Positions 46,964 to 55,700 of a stretch of DNA of 64,000 nucleotides are shown here, piece by piece (within the stretch, counting starts at the first letter, position 1; each line of letters starts with the position of its first letter). This stretch comes from Planctomycetota bacterium (lineage in GTDB: Bacteria > Planctomycetota > SZUA-567 > H5-PLA8): the NCBI GenBank assembly GCA_038227875.1, contig JBBRPR010000010.1, positions 64,001 through 128,000 on the forward strand. Direction: 5' to 3'. The notes under the pieces were generated by a model. That model was not told where the DNA came from. It saw nothing but the letters and a program-made list of their open reading frames with translations, and did no database searches. The position numbers were made by a program, and so were the translations under genes.

Positions 46964-48004
46964 ATGTCGAATCCCCGAACGATCGTTTCCATGTCCGAAG
47001 ATGAATTGGCCGCGCTCTTCAAGAGTTACGGCGAGCCCGCGTTTCGCGCGACGCAGTTGCGGGAGTTTGTCTTCCGGCGCGGCGTCGCTTCCTACGATGG
47101 CGTAACCAATCTAAGCAAAGTGCTGCGCGCGAAGCTGGCGGAGACCGCGCCGCTTTACGAAATGACCGTCGCCGGCGAAAGCGAAGGCGACGACGCGACC
47201 AAGTGGCTGTGGAAAGCCCGCGACGGAGCGCTGATCGAGTCCGTGCAGATCCGCACGCCCGATCGCGTCACGAGCTGCCTCTCGAGCCAGGTGGGATGCG
47301 CGATGGGCTGCGTTTTCTGCGCGACGGGACTTGGCGGCTTCGAACGCCACTTGAGCTACGCCGAAATCATCGAGCAGTACCTGCAAATGTGGGCGCGATC
47401 CGGCGTGCATTCCAGCCACATCGTGTTCATGGGCATGGGTGAGCCGTTCCACAATTACGACGAAGTCATGCGCGCCGTCCGTATCCTGAACAGTCCGCCG
47501 CCGAAGGGCGTGGGCATCGGTGCGCGCAAGATCACGATCTCCACCGTCGGCATCGTGCCGGGCATCAAGCAGCTGGCGCAGGAAAAGCTCCAGATCGAGC
47601 TGGCCATTTCGCTCCACGCGCCCGACGAAGAGACGCGCCGCAAATTGATTCCCGTGGCCAAGCGCTACCCCATTAAGGAAATCATGAAAGCCGCGGAGGA
47701 GTTCTCGCGCAACACGCGGCGTATTGTGACGTACGAATATGTATTGCTGGCCGGCGTCAACGATTCATCACACCAGGCCGGCGAACTGGTGGGGCTGCTG
47801 CAGTCACACCCCTGCAAGGTGAATCTGATTCCGTTCAATGCCGTCAACGATAGCGGCTACGCGCGGCCGACCATCGAAGCGCAGGAGAATTTCAAAGGCA
47901 TTCTCGAGCGCGCGCACATTCCCGTCACGATCCGCTTTTCGAAAGGGCGCAAAGTCGACGCAGCCTGCGGTCAATTGCGGCGGCACACGGCGGAAACCAA
48001 GTAG
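46964..48004 (+). CDS. rlmN: 23S rRNA/tRNA m2A methyltransferase RlmN
   Basis: CLSSQVGCAMGCVFC (CxxxCxxC), FMGMGEP, ISLHA, AACGQL. Confidence 0.93.
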   Translation: MSNPRTIVSMSEDELAALFKSYGEPAFRATQLREFVFRRGVASYDGVTNLSKVLRAKLAETAPLYEMTVAGESEGDDATKWLWKARDGALIESVQIRTPDRVTSCLSSQVGCAMGCVFCATGLGGFERHLSYAEIIEQYLQMWARSGVHSSHIVFMGMGEPFHNYDEVMRAVRILNSPPPKGVGIGARKITISTVGIVPGIKQLAQEKLQIELAISLHAPDEETRRKLIPVAKRYPIKEIMKAAEEFSRNTRRIVTYEYVLLAGVNDSSHQAGELVGLLQSHPCKVNLIPFNAVNDSGYARPTIEAQENFKGILERAHIPVTIRFSKGRKVDAACGQLRRHTAETK

Positions 48005-48045
48005 CCGTCATTCATGAGTCGTAGTTGCGACAGGATTATTACAGG

Positions 48046-48077
48046 AAAAACGCCGATTTTAATCGGCGTCTTTTTTT
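48046..48077 (+). terminator. Intrinsic terminator after rlmN
   Basis: ACGCCGAT...ATCGGCGT stem followed by CT7. Confidence 0.8.
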
Positions 48078-48103
48078 GAAACTTTATTCAACTCCACGTC
48101 GTC
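48078..48103 (+). promoter_or_regulatory. Putative ECF-type promoter
   Basis: GAAAC-N17-CGTC immediately upstream of the ECF gene. Confidence 0.45.
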
Positions 48104-48116
48104 CCCTCTACCGAAG

Positions 48117-48782
48117 TTGAACTCGAATCTTCGAGCTTCGACGCGGGAGTTGTGGATGGCGATGGCAGCGGCCCTGGCAGACGGTCAGCAGATTTCGCAC
48201 TTCCGGTGTGAGCCGGATGCAACCGGCGCGAACGTCACGGCCGAATCGATCGAATCCTTGCGCGCAGGCGATGCCGGCTGCTGGGAGCGCCTGCTGATCC
48301 GCATGGAACGCCGCGCGCTGGCGCTGTCATGGCGGATTCTCAACGACGCGCATCTTGCCGCGGACGCGGTCCAGAACGCGTTCGTCAAAGCGTACACGCG
48401 CCGCTCTGCGCTCCATGCTGGCAGCGACGTGGAGCGCTGGCTGCTGGCGATCGTCGCCAACGCGGCCCGGGATATGGCCCGCCAGAACGCGCGCGCACAC
48501 GGACGAATTCAAGGCAACGCCGAAGAGTTGGCTCAGCGTGCGGAGCATGCCGCGCCGGAAGTCTGCGAGAGCGAAATGGAGCAGCGCTTGCGCGTGGCGT
48601 TATCGAAACTCGATGAGGAGTCGCGCGTGCTTTTTCTGCTCGTCCATCAGGAAGGCTTTTCGTACGAGGCCGTCGCGAAAGAACTGGGGTGGCCGCTGGG
48701 TACGGTGCGGTCGACGCTGCATCGGGCGCGGTTGAGGTTGCGTGAATTACTCAGAAATAGACGCGGGGAGTCCGGATCATGA
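48117..48782 (+). CDS. ECF RNA polymerase sigma factor
   Basis: AADAVQNAFVKAY, WLLAIVAN, GFSYEAVA...LGTVRSTLHRAR; start may be ATG 48156. Confidence 0.9.
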   Translation: MNSNLRASTRELWMAMAAALADGQQISHFRCEPDATGANVTAESIESLRAGDAGCWERLLIRMERRALALSWRILNDAHLAADAVQNAFVKAYTRRSALHAGSDVERWLLAIVANAARDMARQNARAHGRIQGNAEELAQRAEHAAPEVCESEMEQRLRVALSKLDEESRVLFLLVHQEGFSYEAVAKELGWPLGTVRSTLHRARLRLRELLRNRRGESGS

Positions 48783-49627
48783 ACTGCGATTCAGCGCAAA
48801 TCCTGATTCAAGCGCGGCTCGACCGCGAGCTGGATGTCGAGCGCGCCATCGAGTTGGGGGGGCACCTGGCGCTCTGCCCGGAATGCCGCGACTTGTCTGC
48901 GGATCTAGAACAGTGTTGTGTCTCGGCCGGAGTGCTTCCTGAGTTTCGCACCGGCAGTGTGGTGAGCGCAGCGGCGTTGAATCGGATACGCAATGCAGAC
49001 CAACTGCCGAGGCGGAATTGGAGACCGCAGTGGGCCGCTCTGGCGGCAGGTATCGCGATGATCCTGGGATTCGGCGGCTATTTTCGTCTTCGAAGCCCTT
49101 CTCTAACCGAATATCCGAAAGCCGCCGCGCCCGACCGGGTTGTTGTTCCGAAAATTCCTCCACCACATTCAATTCCAGTCGCGCCTGCACCCGCGCCCGA
49201 GGTGGAAATGAATCAGGATCCGATGCAGGCACTTCTGGTGGAGCACTACTGGAGCGAACACCGCCGCCCGGAAGGCGAACGCGCGCGCGAACGCCGCCGT
49301 GCCGAACTGCTTCGCGACTTGCGCAATCCAGACAAAGCCGGCGACGCTGCAGAGGAATTGCTGGATGACGCCGACAACGCCACAGTCTGGGCCGTGGCCG
49401 CGAGCGTGTCGGACACCTCCAGTGGAGCGGAGGTGTTCGCCGCTGCCGCGAAACTCAAGCCCGACCTGCGGCTGGTGCCGGTCTACATTGCCGCTCTCGA
49501 CGCTTCGAAAACACGCGCGCGCGCCACCGAGCTGCTGTGCAGCGCATCGGGAAAAAAGTTTGGATCTCAAAAGGAAATTTGGCTGACGTGGTGGGCCGGA
49601 GCCCGTTCTCAACTCCGCGATGATTAA
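48779..49627 (+). CDS. Zinc-finger (zf-HC2) anti-sigma factor with TM and HEAT-like periplasmic domain
   Basis: MNC...HLALCPEC, TM, Pro-rich linker, C-terminal LCSASGKKFG...WLTWW; ATGA overlap with the sigma gene. Confidence 0.85.
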   Translation: MNCDSAQILIQARLDRELDVERAIELGGHLALCPECRDLSADLEQCCVSAGVLPEFRTGSVVSAAALNRIRNADQLPRRNWRPQWAALAAGIAMILGFGGYFRLRSPSLTEYPKAAAPDRVVVPKIPPPHSIPVAPAPAPEVEMNQDPMQALLVEHYWSEHRRPEGERARERRRAELLRDLRNPDKAGDAAEELLDDADNATVWAVAASVSDTSSGAEVFAAAAKLKPDLRLVPVYIAALDASKTRARATELLCSASGKKFGSQKEIWLTWWAGARSQLRDD

Positions 49628-49664
49628 ATTTTCATGCTTTCGGATTCTTTCAGGAGCAGGCGAC

Positions 49665-50672
49665 ATGCGAAAACTATGGATGGTGATGCTGCTGTGTGGT
49701 GTGGTCTCTGGCGCGTCGGCCCCAGCGGAGGAGGCCAAGCCCGGACTCGCCGTTGAACTGCAGATTTACGATGTCGCGGACATTATCAAGCAGCCCACGG
49801 ATTTTCCGGCGTCAAGGCTGTATCCCGGCAACTCCGATTCGTCCATTGTGTCGCCTTTTGTTGACATTACGCCCGCGCCGTCGTTTCAGGCCGCGGATAT
49901 TGTTTCATTGCTGCACGACCGCGTATTTGCCGCCGAATTCGCCGATCCAAGGACCAGTATTGCCGAAAGTGGCGGCTGCCTGGTGGTGATGCAGACGCCC
50001 GCGATCCAGAAGAAGGTGACCAGTTACATTTCGAAGCTGCGCGGAATCATGAAACCGCAAGTGATCATCAAGGGAAAGTTGATGAGTGCAGCGGATATTC
50101 CTGCAGGAACGATCTTCGATGCCGCGGCGTTCTCAAAATTGAACGCGACGGTAAAGCCGGAGAGCATTCTCGCGTCAACCCGGCTGTTGAGTTACAACGG
50201 CCAACTGGTCCATACTCAGAGCGGACGGCTGTACAGCTACATCCGTGATTACGATGTCGCCGGAAGCGTCTACGACCCGGTGATTGGCCATGGACTGGAA
50301 GGCTATGTTTTTGAAACCCGCTCGACGCTCAGCAGCGATCGCAACAGTGCCGATGTCAATCTCCGCTTCACCTTCACTGCACCCAGCGGAAAGCCGGAGA
50401 CGCGCAACATCGTGCTGGCACCGCCGGTAACCTCGGTCACGGCCGCGGGAGAGAAAGCGCCGGACGCCGCCGCGGCTGCCCAGACGGTCACGCTCCCGAT
50501 AGACGTACCATCCATCGATGTCCAGGAAATCAGCACCACGCTGCGCGTGCCCCTGGGCAAATGGATGCTGGCTGGCGTGATGAACAACCCCGTCCCCAAT
50601 GCGGCAGAGAAACGCGTGCTGCTGTTTATCAGCATCGAACTGGCCGGAACTAACGCTCCCGCTGCCAAGTAG
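49665..50672 (+). CDS. Mini-secretin-like protein 1
   Basis: Signal peptide; IYDVADI N-domain; TRLLSYNGQ...YDPVI...STLSSDRN...TTLRVPLGKWMLAG...LLFIS resembles the secretin beta-core. Confidence 0.65.
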   Translation: MRKLWMVMLLCGVVSGASAPAEEAKPGLAVELQIYDVADIIKQPTDFPASRLYPGNSDSSIVSPFVDITPAPSFQAADIVSLLHDRVFAAEFADPRTSIAESGGCLVVMQTPAIQKKVTSYISKLRGIMKPQVIIKGKLMSAADIPAGTIFDAAAFSKLNATVKPESILASTRLLSYNGQLVHTQSGRLYSYIRDYDVAGSVYDPVIGHGLEGYVFETRSTLSSDRNSADVNLRFTFTAPSGKPETRNIVLAPPVTSVTAAGEKAPDAAAAAQTVTLPIDVPSIDVQEISTTLRVPLGKWMLAGVMNNPVPNAAEKRVLLFISIELAGTNAPAAK

Positions 50673-50722
50673 CCGCGGCACTCCAGCACGATTCCTCCCA
50701 TTGATCCTCAAGGAGATTTTCC

Positions 50723-51805
50723 ATGCGTACACGATGTATGACAGTTCTGATGGTCGTGGGTTGCCTGGCATCCTGTGCCTTTGGCGCCGACGATCCGCCC
50801 AAGATCGACGTCGAAATGAAAATCTACGACGTCCATAGCCTCGTAAACCCGGTTGTGGATTATCCCGGTCCGGATTTGAATTTAGGCGCGTCTCCTGTCT
50901 CTGCCGCCCCCACGGCACCGATGGGCAACGGGGTGAGTCCCAAGGTAACGGTCGTTCCCACGGTCGCGAATATTGTAGACATGCTCAAATCCCGAGTGCG
51001 ACCGGAATCATGGGATCCAGCGCTCGGGACCAGTGTCGAGGAGATGAGCGGCTATCTCGTGATCATGCAGCGGCCCGAAGTTCATGCATTGATTACTCAA
51101 CTGCTCGCCGCGTTTAGCAACACGTCGCAAAGGCAGGTGGTGGTCAAGTCACTGCTCATTCCCGCGGCCACAATTCCCGACGAGACGTTCTTCGACGACG
51201 CTGAACTGAACAAGGCATTCGATGGCAACGCGGCCGCGGCTGCTGTTGCCGCGCCGCGCATATCCTGCTTCAACAAGCAGCGCGTTTACGTGCTGAGCGG
51301 AACTATGGTCTCTGTCGTTCGCGACCTGGACGTCAACGGCGATAGTTACGATCCCGTCGTGACGTCGCAGGTCGATGGCTTTGTTCTCGATGTGCGCCCC
51401 ACGGTTTCCTACGACAGCAGCGTGACGGAACTGGAGCTACGCGCCTCGTTTAACACCAATTTGAAGCGCAATCCCCGGACGCTGGGGACCCCCGCTTCCA
51501 GCGCACTGCGCTCCGTGGCGGCGCTGGCGCAGGAAGAGTCGAGTAGCACCACGACAAAAAAAGAGAACGGCCATGACGAAGTCACTGCCAGCAGCCGCCG
51601 CCCCGCTGGCCAGATCCTGAACGCGCAGTACCTGGTCGGAATCGACATGGATTTTCCCTCCGTCGACAGCGGCAATGTTCGCACGGAACTTTCGATCCCC
51701 ACGGGGAAATGGGTGCTCGCCGCGACGCTGAACAACCCCGACGCAAAATCTCCCAAGAAGAACATGTTGCTCTTCGTGAGTTCCGAAACGATCGACACGA
51801 AGTGA
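50723..51805 (+). CDS. Mini-secretin-like protein 2
   Basis: RBS AAGGAG; signal peptide; IYDVHSL, RVRPESWD, APRISCFNKQR, GFVLDVRPTVSYD, RTELSIPTG, LLFVS. Confidence 0.7.
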   Translation: MRTRCMTVLMVVGCLASCAFGADDPPKIDVEMKIYDVHSLVNPVVDYPGPDLNLGASPVSAAPTAPMGNGVSPKVTVVPTVANIVDMLKSRVRPESWDPALGTSVEEMSGYLVIMQRPEVHALITQLLAAFSNTSQRQVVVKSLLIPAATIPDETFFDDAELNKAFDGNAAAAAVAAPRISCFNKQRVYVLSGTMVSVVRDLDVNGDSYDPVVTSQVDGFVLDVRPTVSYDSSVTELELRASFNTNLKRNPRTLGTPASSALRSVAALAQEESSSTTTKKENGHDEVTASSRRPAGQILNAQYLVGIDMDFPSVDSGNVRTELSIPTGKWVLAATLNNPDAKSPKKNMLLFVSSETIDTK

Positions 51806-51839
51806 ATGGGACTTGGTCCATTGGTCAAAATCCAACATG

Positions 51840-51892
51840 GGGAAAATTTTCCCTATCCTGCCAACCCTGTCGTAAATTTACGACAGGGTTGG
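51840..51892. repeat. Two adjacent perfect palindromes (14 bp and 32 bp)
   Basis: GGGAAAATTTTCCC (51840-51853) and CCAACCCTGTCGTAAATTTACGACAGGGTTGG (51861-51892). Confidence 0.85.
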
Positions 51893-52007
51893 TTCCAGAC
51901 ATTTGGGCGTACTCGCAACGCTCAAGCGTCAACGCATCCATGACACCCGCCTTCCGCGTGCGTTTTTTATTTTGAATTTTAAATTTTTAACTTTCCCCGC
52001 CCCATCC

Positions 52008-52034
52008 TGTAACCTCGCCTGTTCCCAAGCGTCT
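52008..52034 (+). promoter_or_regulatory. Putative ECF-type promoter
   Basis: TGTAAC-N16-CGTCT, preceded by an AT-rich tract, about 20 nt upstream of ATG 52054. Confidence 0.5.
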
Positions 52035-52053
52035 CACGTGGGTGCGAACAGGC

Positions 52054-52680
52054 ATGGCTGAAAAAGCGATACCCATCGGCGCCGGAGCTGCAATGAGCTC
52101 CGCTGCCGCGGACGTCTCCGATGCGGAGCTGCTGCGCCGCGTCGCTGCGTCCGATCACCTCCCGGCACGGACCAGGGCGCTGGAACTGCTCTTCGAACGG
52201 CACTCCGAACCGCTGCTCCGCTTTCTCACCCGTACCCTGCGCCACGAACACACCGCCGAAGACATCCTTCACGACGTGTTTGTGCGCGTCGCGGAAGCGG
52301 CGCCGACGTTCCGGGGAGAAAGCACTGTGCGCACGTGGCTCTTCACTCTGGCCTTGAACAAAGTCCGCAGCGGCAAACGCCGCGACGCCGTCGAAAACCG
52401 CGCCACCGAAATGATGGTGGCGTCCCGGCCGGCGCAACACACCGATCACAAGCACGATCCGTTCGAGCAGGCGCAGCAGCGCGAATTGCGCCAGCGCGTC
52501 GACGTGGCCATCGGCGAACTAGGCGCAGACGAACGCGAAACCTTTCTGCTCTACTGGTTCGGCGGCATGAACTACGCCGAAATCAGCGCCGCCAGCAACA
52601 TCACCGTTTCCGCGGCCAAGGTGCGCGTCCATCGCGCGCTGCTGCGTTTGAACAAACTTCTGGGCGAGGCCACGGCGTGA
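52054..52680 (+). CDS. ECF RNA polymerase sigma factor
   Basis: SDAELL, AEDILHDVF, FRGESTVRTWLF, NYAEIS...AAKVRVHRA. Confidence 0.9.
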   Translation: MAEKAIPIGAGAAMSSAAADVSDAELLRRVAASDHLPARTRALELLFERHSEPLLRFLTRTLRHEHTAEDILHDVFVRVAEAAPTFRGESTVRTWLFTLALNKVRSGKRRDAVENRATEMMVASRPAQHTDHKHDPFEQAQQRELRQRVDVAIGELGADERETFLLYWFGGMNYAEISAASNITVSAAKVRVHRALLRLNKLLGEATA

Positions 52681-52729
52681 CGTTTTACTCCGCCTGTTTT
52701 CGCCGACTGCAATTTTGGGAGAGCCGTAC

Positions 52730-55700
52730 ATGAACCAGACCTGCGAACACATTGAAGAGCAAATTCCCGATGCGCTCAGCGGCCGCTTGAATGGCGCCGC
52801 GCTGGCCGAACTGGAAGCGCACTGCGAAATCTGTGCGGATTGCCGGGCACTCTACGGTTCATTCGAACAGACCACGCAACTGTTGGAACGCGCGTTTCCC
52901 GTCTCGGGCGGCCATCGTCCTGAACTGTGGGATCGGATCGAATCCAGCGTGAGCGCCAAGTCGGCGCGCATGGCCGCGCCACGCGTGATTCCGGCGTGGG
53001 GCCCGATCGCTGCCGCCGCCGCGATGGTTGCGCTCGCTGTTCTGCTCTTTGCCGGAAGCCCGGCGCGCCGCACCGAAAACGTTGCGAGCGTGACTGTGCC
53101 ACCCATCACAGAAACTCCACGTGAGAAAACGTCGAAAAGCACGACGCCGACGCCCGTGGCGATCGCGCGCGGTCCTCGTGAGGTCATCGACGACACGCGC
53201 GGCCTGGCGCTCTTGCGGACGACCGGCCCGGTCTTTACGTTCGACGCGGAGCACCAGGCGTGGCGTCAGGTCGTCTCCGGTGAGCGAATCGCTTATGGCG
53301 CCGCGCTCCGCACCGCGCCCGGCGCACTGGCGGAACTGGCCTTCGGCGAAAGCCGGGTGCGCGTCGATGAAAAGTCGGAAGTCACGGTCTCCAACGCGAC
53401 GGTATCCGCCGCGCGGGTGGCTGAATTGACGCACGGCCGTGTGCGCGTCGATCTGCTCCATTCCGAACGCCCCTTTCAGATCCGCTCCGGCGGCGGCATG
53501 GTGGAACTCACCGGTACCGTCGTCGACGTGGACGCGCCGGCCACCGATCTCGCTTTCGTGCAGGTCCTCGAAGGCCACGTCCGCGTCACGCCCGCCGCGA
53601 ACACAGCCGACGTTGCGCCCGTATCCGTCGTAGCTGGGCAGGAAGCGTTGGTCGCGTCGCGCATCAACGCTGCGCTGCTGAAGTCTCTCCCTGCCGACGT
53701 GCAAGCGCGCTTGAGCGCCTTCAAATCGTCGCAGGCCCTCGGCCGCGATGCAGCCGCGAACTGGACGGATTCGCTCGATCATCCGCCGTCGCCGAAAAAT
53801 TCCGCGATCGGACAACTGATCGTCAAAGACGAACACGGCCGCGAAGCCGAACCACTGCGCATCGTCAGCATGGATGTGAAAACGCAGGTTCGCGGTCCAG
53901 AATCGATCACCCGTATCGACCAGAGCTTCTACAACTCCACCAACGGTACGTTGGAAGGCACGTTCTATTTCAACGTGCCGCCCGGAGCCGCGATCTCGCG
54001 CTTTGCGATGTACGTCGACGAAAAAAATCTGATCGAGGGTGAAGTTGTCGAACGTGGCCGGGCCCGCGCCATCTACGAATCGATCCTGCACGCCAAGCGC
54101 GATCCCGCGCTGCTGGAATGGGTCGACGGCAACACCTTCAAAGCGCGCGTCTTCCCGATCCAGGCGCGCAGCAACAAGCGTATCATCATGGAATACACGC
54201 AGGTGCTGCCTGCGTTCTTCGACACGCGACGTTACGTTTTTCCGCTCGTCAGCGATCTGGCGCAGAAAGCCGAAATCGGAAAACTGAGCATCCAGGTTCA
54301 ACTCGCCACCGGCGACAGCTCGAGCTTCAGCGAAATCGCGTCGCCGTCCTACTCAAGCGACCTGCGCATCCAAGGCGATGGTGAAGCCTTCGCCACTGCG
54401 TCGCTCCATCTGGAGCACGCCCGCCCGGCGGCCGACTTTGTCCTCAATTTCTCCGCGCCGCGCGCGTCGGAACTCTACGCGTCGGCATATGCGCAGAACG
54501 GCGAGCAGCCCTACCTTCTATTGGGCTACCAGCCGCGCCTTCCGGCCACCTACAAGCGCGCCGCGAATGCCGCGGGCCGCGACATTCTCTTCGTCGTGGA
54601 AACCTCCGGCGCGCGCACGCCGCAGGACCTGAGCGCCCAGCGCCAGGCGCTCACCGCGATGCTCGCCGCGCTGAACGATAACGATCGCGTCGCATTCGCC
54701 GCCGCCGACATCGGACTCGTGCCGCTCACGACACGTTTTCTCCCCGCGCGCGCCGCGGAAGTCGATGCCGCTCTCGCCGCGCTCAAGCAGCGTGTGGCGA
54801 TGGGCGCGCTCGATCTCTCGGCGAGCATTCGCGCCGCCGCTACCAGCTTCGATACATCAGCCCCAACTCGCGAGCGCCTGATGCTCTTCATCGGCTCCGG
54901 CGTGCCCGCGCTGGGCGAACTCGACAGCGGCAAAATCGCAGCGGAAGGTGCGGAAGCTCTGGCCAAAGCGAAAGCGTCGTTCGTCGCCGTCTCGCTCGGC
55001 CAATCGGTCGATGCGCTGACGCTCTCGGAAGTCGCGCGCCGCAGCAATGGTTTCTATCTGCCGCTGAAAGCCGACGAAGGCCTCGACGCCGCCGCCTTCC
55101 AACTGGCGCTCGGTCTGCAAACGCCGCTGCTCACGTCGCCGGAATTCAAAGCCGACGCCAACTGCACCGCCGAAATCTATCCCGCGAACCTCGGCGCGTT
55201 GCTGCCCGGCCAGGAGATCTTCCTCAACACGCGCGCCGCCAAAACCGGCGCTTCAGTGCTTCGCTTCACGCTGAGCGCCGAACTTCAGAAGCAGCCGTTC
55301 ACGTCCAACTTCGTGGTCGCGCTCCCGTCCGACCTCAGCGCCGACCCCGCCGCCGGCCGTTTCTGGGCGCGCGCGCGTCTGGATCATCTCCTCGCGCAGC
55401 CGCAAAGCGACGAATTGCGCAACGAAGTCATCGAACTGGCCAAAACCTGGACGCTGATGAGCCCGTACACATCATTCCTGGTGCTCGAATCCAACGAGGA
55501 ATACAAACGCTACGACATCGACCGCAGCAAACGCCGCCCGGCCTGGCGGGATCTGGAAGCTCCGACAGTGGCTCAGAATCCGGGCCAGTCGCTCATCGGT
55601 GTGCTCACCCGCGTCAAAGGCAGCAGGAGCGGGGTCGCCTACGAGAAGTCTGCGAATGCCTATGTAATTCGCGATCCTGCTGCGGAATCCACCGGCTTGC

